Shown here in pieces: positions 26,044 to 34,042 of a DNA stretch of 42,081 bases; the first letter of the stretch is position 1; each line of letters starts with the position of its first letter. The stretch is from Methanobacteriota archaeon (GTDB lineage Archaea; Thermoplasmatota; Poseidoniia; Poseidoniales; Poseidoniaceae), in contig NZMM01000094.1 of assembly GCA_002694585.1 (NCBI GenBank), positions 1 to 42,081 of the forward strand, read 5' to 3'. Below the pieces are notes generated by a model that was not told the DNA's origin, ran no database searches, and saw nothing but the letters and a program-made list of their open reading frames with translations. The position numbers and the translations under genes were made by a program.

Positions 26044-26805
26044 TTAGTCGGCTGCAGGGCGTAGATCGGACCGGCCGCTCGGCGACCACTCCGAGACGAA
26101 GCGATAGCGATCGCCGCGAATCAGGGTCGTTCGCCACTCGACCGGTGTTCCGTTGTGGATACCGAGCCGCTCAAGTCCGAAGACGGCGGCCCCCGACGGG
26201 AGGTCGAGAAGCGCACGGTCCGCTGGCGGCGGTACAAGCGGGGAAAGCCGTTCCCAACCGGCGGTCGGGGGCGGGGCGCCGATCCGGCTCATCTCGTCGT
26301 AGAGCGCCGTGTGGGTCCAATCGACCGAAAGCAACGGCTCGACAACGGCCAACGGCAGCCACGCCCGGTCGACGGCGAGCGGCTCTCCACCGGCCCGCCG
26401 GAGCCGGGCGAGATGGAACAACTCGGTGTCCTCGTCAATCTGCAGCCGGGCCGCAGCGATCGAGTCGGTGACCACCGCAAGCTCCAACACCTCGCTGGCC
26501 TGTTCGGTTCCGGTCGACTCGATCGACTGGAACAGCGAGTACAGGGTGCCGAGCGGTTGTTCGAACTCGCTGCGGTTGATGACCGTGCCCCGGCCCCGTT
26601 CGCGCTTGAGGATCCCGGTCTTGTTGAGATGACGGATCGCTTCGCGCACGGTGTGGCGGCTGACCTCGTAGCCCTCGGTCAGCTCGAGATCGGTCGGGAA
26701 CCGACCGTCGCTGAACTCTCCCGCATCGATGCGGCGACGCAGCTCAGCCTCGAGCTGCGCCCACAACGGCACCGGGTCGGCGCGGTCGAGCGGCACAAGC
26801 GGCAT
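26044..26805 (-). CDS. GntR-family (HutC subfamily, UTRA effector domain) transcriptional regulator
   Basis: ORF 26044..26841 trimmed to ATG 26805. wHTH is PLWAQLEAELRRRI ... PTDLELTEGYEVSRHTVREAIRHLNKTGILKRERGRGT, followed by a C-terminal UTRA-like region. Confidence 0.88.
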   Translation of the reverse strand: MPLVPLDRADPVPLWAQLEAELRRRIDAGEFSDGRFPTDLELTEGYEVSRHTVREAIRHLNKTGILKRERGRGTVINRSEFEQPLGTLYSLFQSIESTGTEQASEVLELAVVTDSIAAARLQIDEDTELFHLARLRRAGGEPLAVDRAWLPLAVVEPLLSVDWTHTALYDEMSRIGAPPPTAGWERLSPLVPPPADRALLDLPSGAAVFGLERLGIHNGTPVEWRTTLIRGDRYRFVSEWSPSGRSDLRPAAD

Positions 26806-26825
26806 GACCTGCAATCTGCCCTCGC

Positions 26826-26850
26826 TGTCCGGACAATGCAAACAATTGTC
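26826..26850. promoter_or_regulatory. cluster of palindromes upstream of the GntR gene: TGTCCGGACA, GACAAT-N7-ATTGTC and ACAATTGT
   Basis: Read directly from the sequence. TGTCCGGACA is at 26826-26835, the inverted pair GACAAT/ATTGTC at 26832-26837 and 26845-26850, and ACAATTGT at 26842-26849. All lie 21-45 nt upstream of the GntR ATG. Confidence 0.4.
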
Positions 26851-26878
26851 TGGATTCGTCCGGCCCGGCGACCGAGAG

Positions 26879-27202
26879 TCAGTCGTGATCCTTGCCGGTG
26901 TCGGTCGCCAGGTCGTCTCGACCGATCGGTACCGGTTCGGTGCGATGCACGGCCCGGAACAGGAGATGCACGGCGACCGGCAGGGTCAACACGAGAGCCA
27001 CCGCCACGACGAGGAACTCGGCCCGACCGGCCCAGCCGGTCTCGAGCGACGCGCCGATCGCGACAAGCAGGAAGGCGATCGGGCTGGCCTTGCCGGCTGC
27101 GTGGAATCGGGCGTAGGGGGTGCGGAACCGCAGCATGCCGATGCCGGACAGCAACGACACGAAACTGCCGAGCAGGACGAAGGCGGCGGCGACTGGACTC
27201 AT
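26879..27202 (-). CDS. mrpG: Na+(K+)/H+ antiporter subunit G
   Basis: 107 aa and 3 helices, with GMLRFRTPYARFHAAGKAS typical of MnhG/MrpG. It is the last gene of a seven-gene overlapping operon. Confidence 0.88.
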   Translation of the reverse strand: MSPVAAAFVLLGSFVSLLSGIGMLRFRTPYARFHAAGKASPIAFLLVAIGASLETGWAGRAEFLVVAVALVLTLPVAVHLLFRAVHRTEPVPIGRDDLATDTGKDHD

Positions 27203-27459
27203 GTCGCACGCTCCTCATACTCGATGAAGCGGCTCGCAGCGACGGTGGCCGTGAACCCGACAATCGCCATGACGGCGAGCACCGGAACGAGGCGGGTCGA
27301 GCCGGTGTCGGCCGCATCCACGGCGACCGCACTCATGATCGACACGACGCCGACATCCAGGGCGACAACACGATCAGCGAGCGTCGGGCCGATGGCCGCA
27401 CGGATACCGGCAGTGACGAACGTGAGCCCGAAAACGATGAGCGCAATGCTGGCGATCAC
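27199..27459 (-). CDS. mrpF: Na+(K+)/H+ antiporter subunit F
   Basis: 86 aa, with GPTLADRVVALD typical of MrpF. Shows 4-nt overlaps on both sides. Confidence 0.88.
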   Translation of the reverse strand: MIASIALIVFGLTFVTAGIRAAIGPTLADRVVALDVGVVSIMSAVAVDAADTGSTRLVPVLAVMAIVGFTATVAASRFIEYEERAT

Positions 27460-27974
27460 GACGGCACCTCGGAATCGGTGGGCATCGGGAGGGCCCGACA
27501 GGCAAGGTCGGCGAGTTCCTGCACATGCTCCGCAGTAGCTTCGGCCCGCTCGGCATGGAGAATGTGGAGATAGATCCGGCTGGTGTCGGGGTCGACGTCG
27601 ATCACGGCGGTGCCCGGCGTGACGGTGACCGCAACCGCGATCAACATCATGTGGGCCCGAGCGTTGCTGGGCAGATCGACACCGATGATCGCTTCCTCGG
27701 TGTAGTCGGTCGGGGTGATGACCTCATAGGCAACGTTGAACGTCGACATGACGAGGTCCTGGCCGACGATCGCACCAAGTTTCAGAAGGGGGCGCAGGCG
27801 GACCCCACCGATACCGGCGGGACCGACGCTTCGGTGGCTCACGACGACCGCGACCAGCAGGCCCGACACGATGTTGGCGATCGACAACCGATTCCAGAGC
27901 GCACACCACGCAGCGACGAGGCCGACGATGAGGATCACCCGACGGCTCGGGAAGTGACGCCGCAGGAGCCTCAC
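27456..27974 (-). CDS. mrpE: Na+(K+)/H+ antiporter subunit E
   Basis: 172 aa. Position in the operon, N-terminal helices and the ITLTPGT-like block (VTVTPGTAVIDVD) support the call. Confidence 0.85.
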   Translation of the reverse strand: MRLLRRHFPSRRVILIVGLVAAWCALWNRLSIANIVSGLLVAVVVSHRSVGPAGIGGVRLRPLLKLGAIVGQDLVMSTFNVAYEVITPTDYTEEAIIGVDLPSNARAHMMLIAVAVTVTPGTAVIDVDPDTSRIYLHILHAERAEATAEHVQELADLACRALPMPTDSEVPS

Positions 27975-29455
27975 GACACCACCGCCTCGATGTAGGCACT
28001 CGGGTTGAGCAAGTCGGCAGCAGCACGCTCGCCCAGATCCCAGAGCGGACCAAAGGACGCAGCAATCGCAAGCGAAGCGACCAGCGCAACCGCCGTGGCA
28101 CCGACCATCAGGCGGTGACCGGGACGAAGGATCCGGATGGGGGTCGCTGATTCGTCGTCGCCAGATCCCCAGAACACCCCGGTCCAGATCTTCACCATCG
28201 ACACGAGGGTAAGGACGCTGTTGGCGAGGGCGATGACGACGATCGGCACCACCACCTTCTCGATGCCGGCATCGACGAGCGCGAGCTTGGCGACGAAGCC
28301 CGAGAACGGCGGGATACCGGCGAGGCTGAGCGCCGGCAACGCGAACAACACGGCGAGCAGCGGCTGACGCTGAGCAAGCCCACCGATCTTGTCAAGCGCC
28401 GAGGTTCCTTCTCGCTCCTCGATGAGCCCGCCGACGAGGAACAGCACCGTCTTCACCGGGATGTGGTGCACGAGGAAGACGATGGCACCGGCGACGCCGG
28501 CAAGGGTGAACAGGCCGAGGCCCATCAGCATGTAGCCGATCTGGCTGATGATGTGGAACGACAGGATGCGCTTGACGTCGTCTTGGGCGAGCGCACCGGC
28601 AACGCCGATCACCATCGTCAGAGCCGCCAGGGTGAGGATGAGCGGCCCGAGGTCGTCCATGCCGGTCAACACATGGAACCGAATCAGGACGTACACCCCG
28701 ATCTTGGTCAGCAAGCCGGCGAACACGGCGGTGATCGTGGTGGGCGCCGTCGGGTAGCTGTCGGGAAGCCACGAGAACAGCGGGAAGATGGCGGCCTTGG
28801 TGCCGAACACGACGAGGAACCACAGGCCGATGCCCCATCGCAGCGGATCGTCGAGTTCGGGGATGCGCTCGGCCAGCAGGGCCAGATTGACCGTGCCGGT
28901 CGAGGCGTAGACGACGGCGAGGCCGACGAGGAAGAGGGTTGAGGCGAAAAGGTTCATCGCCACGTAGGTCATGCCCGAACGGATCTGGCCGCGACGGCCC
29001 TGGTGGGTCAGCAGCACATAGCTGGAGACGAGGATCAGCTCGAAGGCGACGAAGAGCGTGAAGAGGTCGCCGGTGAGGAAGGCGAGCACCACCCCGGAGG
29101 TCAGCACCAGCAGCAGTGGCCCGGACAGTTGGGGGTCGGCGCCCCACGCAGTGCGCCGCTGTCCGATGGCGAAGAGCTGTACCACCAGGATCGTGGCCAT
29201 CGCGACCAGCAGGACGAGCGCCGCCATCAGATCGACGACGAGGACGATGCCGAGTTCGGGATCCCAGTCGCCGACGCGGAGCACGACCGTTCCCTCGGAC
29301 TCGACGTGAGCGAGCAGGATGCCGGCGATCGCCGTTGCGCCTGCGAGCGAGCCGACGGTGAGGATGTCGCGGACCCACTGCCGTTCGCCGGCGACGAAGC
29401 CGATTGCGGCGGCGAGCATCGGGACGACGACAAGGAGGCCGATGAGCGAGGTCAT
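27971..29455 (-). CDS. mrpD: Na+(K+)/H+ antiporter subunit D (NuoN/NuoL-like proton-pumping module)
   Basis: 494 aa and polytopic, with the blocks FELILVSSYVL, KAAIFPLFSWLPDSYP and LAQDDVKRILSFHIISQIGYM. Confidence 0.92.
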   Translation of the reverse strand: MTSLIGLLVVVPMLAAAIGFVAGERQWVRDILTVGSLAGATAIAGILLAHVESEGTVVLRVGDWDPELGIVLVVDLMAALVLLVAMATILVVQLFAIGQRRTAWGADPQLSGPLLLVLTSGVVLAFLTGDLFTLFVAFELILVSSYVLLTHQGRRGQIRSGMTYVAMNLFASTLFLVGLAVVYASTGTVNLALLAERIPELDDPLRWGIGLWFLVVFGTKAAIFPLFSWLPDSYPTAPTTITAVFAGLLTKIGVYVLIRFHVLTGMDDLGPLILTLAALTMVIGVAGALAQDDVKRILSFHIISQIGYMLMGLGLFTLAGVAGAIVFLVHHIPVKTVLFLVGGLIEEREGTSALDKIGGLAQRQPLLAVLFALPALSLAGIPPFSGFVAKLALVDAGIEKVVVPIVVIALANSVLTLVSMVKIWTGVFWGSGDDESATPIRILRPGHRLMVGATAVALVASLAIAASFGPLWDLGERAAADLLNPSAYIEAVVS

Positions 29456-29823
29456 GCGTCGTCCCCTTCGGCTTCGGTCTCGAGGGCGATGCGGCGATCT
29501 TCGAGATCGTCCTCGACAAGGTCGTCGCCCGTGAGCTGGGCCTGCCGGCGAGCAAGGGCCAACAGGAAGAGCGTCAGGCCGAACGAGATCACGATTGCGG
29601 TGAGGGCGAACGCCTGGGGAAGCGGGTCGGACAGTTCGTCCACCGGAGCGTCACCCGAAATGGGGCGCTCGCCGGCCTCCCCGCCGGCGGCGAGCAGCGC
29701 CACCACGGCCGCGTGGCCGAGCAGGGCGAACCCGAGCAGCATGCGGGTGAGCGACCGGGAGGTGATCAGATAGACGCCGACCGAGGTCAGGCCACCGACG
29801 ACGAGGGCGAGGGTGACACTCAT
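29452..29823 (-). CDS. mrpC: Na+(K+)/H+ antiporter subunit C (NuoK-like)
   Basis: 123 aa. Starts MSVTLALVVGGLTSVGVYLITSRSLTRMLLG and includes PLPQAFALTAIVISF. Confidence 0.9.
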   Translation of the reverse strand: MSVTLALVVGGLTSVGVYLITSRSLTRMLLGFALLGHAAVVALLAAGGEAGERPISGDAPVDELSDPLPQAFALTAIVISFGLTLFLLALARRQAQLTGDDLVEDDLEDRRIALETEAEGDDA

Positions 29824-30251
29824 ACCTGCACCTCGTCACGGCCGAGTTCGTCGGCGTCGAGGCCGTCGAAGACAGCGACGAAGAGGCCGACGACGATCGC
29901 CGTGACCCCCGCGTCGAACACCAACGCACTCCCGGACTTGACCTTGCCGAGCAGCGGCAGGGTCTCGGAGACGATGACCTGGTCGAGCAGCGGCTCGCCG
30001 CCGAGCAGCGGAGCGAGGGCGACCGCCGAAACCAATGCGGTACCGACGGCGAACCAACGGGCGGCGTCCTGAGGCCGGCCGATACCGGCGACGGTGCGCA
30101 GCGCGACAACTGCGCCGATCACGAGGCCGGCCGCGAAACCACCACCGGGCTGGTTGTGGCCGGCGAAGAAAAGAAAGGCGGCAACGAGCAGCGCAAGCGG
30201 ACTTGCGGCACGGATCGCGCTGCGGACAACGGGCGAACGACCGCGAATCAT
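29820..30251 (-). CDS. mrpB: Na+(K+)/H+ antiporter subunit B
   Basis: 143 aa, with the MnhB-domain motif AGHNQPGGGFAAGL. Confidence 0.88.
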   Translation of the reverse strand: MIRGRSPVVRSAIRAASPLALLVAAFLFFAGHNQPGGGFAAGLVIGAVVALRTVAGIGRPQDAARWFAVGTALVSAVALAPLLGGEPLLDQVIVSETLPLLGKVKSGSALVFDAGVTAIVVGLFVAVFDGLDADELGRDEVQV

Positions 30252-32518
30252 CGGCGCACCTTCCGCACATCGTCCGAAAGCGGGGCACCGCCACCACGTG
30301 CGGTGTCGGCCCGGCTCAGGGCCAGCACACCCATCGCAGCGACGACCAACACGACGACCTCCCCGAGGGTGTCGAGTGCACGCAGGTCGGTGAGGATCAC
30401 GTTGACGAGATTGTTGCCGCCGCCCTCATCGACCGCCGCAGCGGTGAGTGCCTCACGGTTGGACGGTATGTCCTCGGCCGAGGCGAGAAGCGCAGCAGTG
30501 ACGGCGGCGCCGGCGAGCACGGCCGTGCCGATGCGAACGCTGCGCCACACGAAACCGTTGGCGGGGAACTGGGTGGTGAGACCGCCGAGGCCGATCACGA
30601 AGCCGACGACGATGACGGTCTCGACCAACAACTGGGTGAGGGCCAGGTCGGGCGCACCCTGTATGAGGAAGAGGGCAGATACGCCGAGGCCGACCACGCC
30701 GAGCGCGAGTGCGGCCCCGATCCGAGAGCGGATGACGGCAACAGCGATCGCAGCCGCAACGACCGTTGTCCCCATGCCAGCCTGCAACGGACGATCCCAG
30801 GCGTGGAGCTGATCGGTATCGATCGAACCGAGGAACGGGATGACGGCAAGCGAGGCCACGAGGGCCATCACGACGAGATAGATCGGCAGTGAGCCGTGCT
30901 GGACACGGCCGGTGGTCCACTTCGCGAGATCGAGGGTGCGGTCGACGAGCCGGTCGACATTGTTGGCACCGACCGGTTCGGGCGGCGACGAATGGCGAGC
31001 GGCTGCCGCCCCGATGATCGCGCCACCGGCGACGATGCCCATCGAGATCCAGAAGGCCGTGCTGTCGAGGCCTGGCCACCGAAGCAACGCGTACCCCGCC
31101 GACGCGGTTTCGAGCGTGGCGGCGGCCGGCACGACCCAGTCGGTGACGCTGGGCGCCAGGACGTACCCGACAATACCGAGTGCGGAGAGCAGCACCGACG
31201 GCGCTGCCGCCGCCCACCGGAACGGTGCCACCTCGGTGGACTCGCCGCCCTTGTCAGAGAAGAGCGCAAGCACGAGGCGGGTGGTGTAGGCGACGGTGAG
31301 CACCGAGCCGATCGTGACGCCGGCGAGGATGAGATCCCCGGAGGCACCGGACTCCTTGAGCGACGCCTCAATGGCCGCTTCCTTCGCAGGGAAGCCGAGC
31401 AGCGGTGGCACACCGGCCATCGACAGCCCGGCGAAGACCATGACCCAGAACGCAACCGGCATAGAGGTACGGAGCCCCGACAGGGAGCGGAGATCACGGC
31501 TGCCGGTTCGGATGTCGATCTCGCCGACGGCCATGAAAAGGGCCGCCTTGAACACGGCGTGGGCCACGACGAGCGAGACGGCTGCGAAGATGGCCTTCCC
31601 GCTGCCGAGCGACATCATGGCGGTCATCAGGCCGAGCTGGCTGACCGTGCCCCAGGCGAGCACGAGCTTGGCGTCGGCGTGGCGCAGGGCGCCGATCGCG
31701 CCCCAGAACATCGTGAGCAGGCCGACGGTGACGCCGAGACCGGACCAGATGTCGACCGCCCCGAGCACCGGGTGCATCACCCCGATCAAGACGATGCCCG
31801 CCTTCACCATGGTGGCGGAGTGCAGGTAGGCGCTCACCGGGGTCGGTGCGGCCATGGCGCCCGGCAACCAGACATGGAAGGGAAGCTGGGCGGACTTGGT
31901 GAACGCGCCAACCAGGATGAGCACGGCGGCGACGGTCGCCTGATCGCCGGTGACGGGGCCCATCTCGCTGAGAGTCGCCGTGCCTGCGACATCGACGAGA
32001 ACAAGGAGGCCGGCGAGCAGGACGAGGCCACCTGCGACGGTGACCAGCAACGCCCGACGAGCTGCGGTCACCGCCGTGCTGTCGGTGGACTTCGTGCCGA
32101 CGAGCAGGAACGAGGTGACCGACGTGGCCTCCCAGAACAAGAAGAGCGTCCAGACATCGTCGGCCCAGACGAGGCCGAGCATGGAGCCGCTGAACGCGAG
32201 CAAGGTTGCGGCGAAGCCTCGGCGATCGCCACCGCCGAAATAGCCCTGGCCGTAGACGAAGATGAGGACGCCGATACCGGAGACGAGGACGGCGAGCAGG
32301 GCGCCGAGCGGCCCGACCCGGAAGCTGACGGCGAGATCGAGGCCCTCGACCCAGTCGAGGCGGGCGGTGTCGATCTCACCAGCGCCGAGCCTGGAAGCAG
32401 CCCACACCGCACTCGCCAACGGCGCCGTAAGCGCGACAGCGAAGGCAGGGCGGGGGTTCGGAAGTGAGAGAACGGCGACCACCCCGACGAGGTGGGCCAC
32501 CAGCAGAATCCAGATCAA
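30248..32518 (-). CDS. mrpA: Na+(K+)/H+ antiporter subunit A (NuoL-like)
   Basis: Polytopic, with WEATSVTSFLLV, KSAQLPFHVWLPGAMAAPTPVSAYLHSATMVKAG and a C-terminal MbhB-like region. The preferred start is TTG 32518 (M/LIWILLVAHL, AAGGG 6 nt upstream). The ORF-track ATG at 32650 lies inside the sodN terminator and would add 44 Arg/Pro-rich non-membrane residues. Confidence 0.9.
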   Translation of the reverse strand: MIWILLVAHLVGVVAVLSLPNPRPAFAVALTAPLASAVWAASRLGAGEIDTARLDWVEGLDLAVSFRVGPLGALLAVLVSGIGVLIFVYGQGYFGGGDRRGFAATLLAFSGSMLGLVWADDVWTLFLFWEATSVTSFLLVGTKSTDSTAVTAARRALLVTVAGGLVLLAGLLVLVDVAGTATLSEMGPVTGDQATVAAVLILVGAFTKSAQLPFHVWLPGAMAAPTPVSAYLHSATMVKAGIVLIGVMHPVLGAVDIWSGLGVTVGLLTMFWGAIGALRHADAKLVLAWGTVSQLGLMTAMMSLGSGKAIFAAVSLVVAHAVFKAALFMAVGEIDIRTGSRDLRSLSGLRTSMPVAFWVMVFAGLSMAGVPPLLGFPAKEAAIEASLKESGASGDLILAGVTIGSVLTVAYTTRLVLALFSDKGGESTEVAPFRWAAAAPSVLLSALGIVGYVLAPSVTDWVVPAAATLETASAGYALLRWPGLDSTAFWISMGIVAGGAIIGAAAARHSSPPEPVGANNVDRLVDRTLDLAKWTTGRVQHGSLPIYLVVMALVASLAVIPFLGSIDTDQLHAWDRPLQAGMGTTVVAAAIAVAVIRSRIGAALALGVVGLGVSALFLIQGAPDLALTQLLVETVIVVGFVIGLGGLTTQFPANGFVWRSVRIGTAVLAGAAVTAALLASAEDIPSNREALTAAAVDEGGGNNLVNVILTDLRALDTLGEVVVLVVAAMGVLALSRADTARGGGAPLSDDVRKVRR

Positions 32519-32641
32519 CGTGACCCTTGGGGGAGGCCGGTACGCCCCGATGCTAGCGGATCGGGCCGGGTTGAATACGGGCCGATTGGCCTCTGACCGC
32601 CACCCGTTCCTGTGGCCTCGAGCAACGCCGCGCCGGTACGG

Positions 32642-32680
32642 ACAAAACATCGATGGCGAGGCCCGGAGGCCTCGCCATCG
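32642..32680 (-). terminator. intrinsic terminator downstream of sodN
   Basis: A perfect 13-bp GC-rich stem (CGATGGCGAGGCC / GGCCTCGCCATCG, 32651-32663 and 32668-32680) closes a 4-nt loop. On the minus strand it is followed by ATGTTTTGT. It begins 24 nt after the sodN stop. Confidence 0.8.
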
Positions 32681-32703
32681 TCGAGATCAGGTGATCGCCA
32701 GGA

Positions 32704-33126
32704 TCAGGCGGGCGGGTAGACGCCCATGTCCTTGCCCTTGTCGGTCTGCCAGAACACGTCGGCAATCTCATCGATGTAGGTGAGGAGCTGCTCGCAGACG
32801 GCGGCGTCGGTGGACTTCTTCACCTCGCCGGCCTGGTGGACTGCGTCCCAGAAGAGCTGGTGGAGGTTCGGGAACGCCTCGAAGTGGGCGGGGGCGAAGA
32901 AGTCGGCCCACAGGACCATCAGGTGATGCTTCACCTCTTCGGCACGCTGCTCCTTGACGATGATGCAACGGGCACGGAAGTGCTCATCGTCGGAGCCGTG
33001 GTACTTGGCGATGGTCTTGAGGCACGACAGGGCCTCAATCTTTGCCTGGGCGGGGTCGTAGACGCCGCAGTAGAGGTCGCAGTGGGCCTGAGCCTTCTCG
33101 GCGCCGTCGAAGAGACGGTTCATCAT
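32704..33126 (-). CDS. sodN: nickel superoxide dismutase precursor (NiSOD)
   Basis: ORF 32704..33504 trimmed to ATG 33126. The 14-aa propeptide MMNRLFDGAEKAQA is followed by the Ni-hook HCDLYCGVYDPAQAKIEA, then VKEQRAEEVKHHLMVLWADFF..HFE. Adjacent to the sodX maturation protease. Confidence 0.93.
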   Translation of the reverse strand: MMNRLFDGAEKAQAHCDLYCGVYDPAQAKIEALSCLKTIAKYHGSDDEHFRARCIIVKEQRAEEVKHHLMVLWADFFAPAHFEAFPNLHQLFWDAVHQAGEVKKSTDAAVCEQLLTYIDEIADVFWQTDKGKDMGVYPPA

Positions 33127-33159
33127 GGGTGGGGTCACCTTCTGTTCGGGATCGGGCCT

Positions 33160-33474
33160 ATGTTGCCCGCTATGGCTTTCGCACCGATTCGCCGATTCGT
33201 TGTGGAGGGCGACTCGATGCTCCCACGCTACGCGAACGGCGACCTGGTTTTCGCCTCGAGGAGCAAAAGAGCGCGCGTCGGGCAGGTCCGCGTGCTCCGC
33301 CACCCCTACAACCCGGGCATGTGGATGGTGAAACGAGTTGCGTCGGTGCGGGGCGACGACATGACGATCAGCAGCGACAACCCTGATGCCACGCGAGCGG
33401 ATTCGCGAGAGTTCGGCCATGTTCCGGTCGCCGGCAGCCTCCGGGTGATCGGGCGGCTTCGGGCCCGTTCCTGA
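33160..33474 (+). CDS. sodX: NiSOD maturation protease (S26 signal-peptidase-like)
   Basis: ORF 32836..33474 trimmed to ATG 33160. Shows RRFVVEGDSMLPRYANGDLV (catalytic Ser), VLRHP and MVKRVASV (catalytic Lys). Divergent from sodN with only a 33-bp gap. Confidence 0.85.
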   Translation: MLPAMAFAPIRRFVVEGDSMLPRYANGDLVFASRSKRARVGQVRVLRHPYNPGMWMVKRVASVRGDDMTISSDNPDATRADSREFGHVPVAGSLRVIGRLRARS

Positions 33475-33529
33475 GCTCGGCCTCGGCGCCGGTCTCGGCA
33501 CCACACAAGTCCGGCCGCCGCCAGACCAC

Positions 33530-33535
33530 TAGGTT
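33530..33535 (+). promoter_or_regulatory. -10-like hexamer TAGGTT, 8 nt before the GTG start (leaderless-type arrangement)
   Basis: The context is CCACTAGGTTCGCGTCCCGTG, with no Shine-Dalgarno between the hexamer and the start. Confidence 0.3.
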
Positions 33536-33543
33536 CGCGTCCC

Positions 33544-33969
33544 GTGACCGCGCATCGCACAACCATCCGGGTCCGGTTCTACGAACTCGACCCGTACAAC
33601 CACGTCAACCACTCCGTGTACGTCTCGTACTTCGAGTCGGCTCGGGTCGAGTTGCTGGCGGAAGCGGGCTACTCGCTGGCGAGTATGCGAGCGAACGGCC
33701 GCTCGATCGTCGTCTCGGAGATCCAGACAAAGTTCCACGCCAGCGCCGAGGAACTCGACGAGTTGACGATCGAGACCGAAGTGCTGGAGTTCAAGCGGGT
33801 CACCACGACCTGGCGCCAACGGATCCTGCGAGGCGATGAGCTGATCTGCAGCCAGGACCTCCGAGCGGCGCTGATCGACGAGCGGGGGCGCCCGGTGCGG
33901 TTCGACGACGCGATGCTCGACGCGCTGTCGGTCTACGCCGCTGCACCGTCGGACCCTAAACCGACGTAA
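33544..33969 (+). CDS. acyl-CoA thioesterase, 4HBT/YbgC hot-dog family
   Basis: 141 aa, with the typical N-terminal catalytic block IRVRFYELDPYNHVNHSVYVSYFESARVELL. Confidence 0.85.
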   Translation: MTAHRTTIRVRFYELDPYNHVNHSVYVSYFESARVELLAEAGYSLASMRANGRSIVVSEIQTKFHASAEELDELTIETEVLEFKRVTTTWRQRILRGDELICSQDLRAALIDERGRPVRFDDAMLDALSVYAAAPSDPKPT

Positions 33970-34030
33970 GCCGCTGGTGGTCACCCCATGACCGAGCCGC
34001 TGAAACTCGCGGCGGTGTGACCCGGGCACC

Positions 34031-34036
34031 TAGGTT
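34031..34036 (+). promoter_or_regulatory. -10-like hexamer TAGGTT, 6 nt before the ATG (leaderless-type arrangement)
   Basis: The context is GCACCTAGGTTGCGGGCATG, the same CAC(C)TAGGTT context as at 33527-33535. Confidence 0.35.
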
Positions 34037-34042
34037 GCGGGC

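Noticed and set aside
25454-26137. The long upstream extensions of the DUF1330 ORF (to 26137) and, similarly, of the sodN ORF (33127..33504).
   Set aside because: Both extensions run through other well-supported genes, isochorismatase/GntR and sodX respectively. The internal ATGs have proper ribosome-binding context or the expected NiSOD propeptide length.
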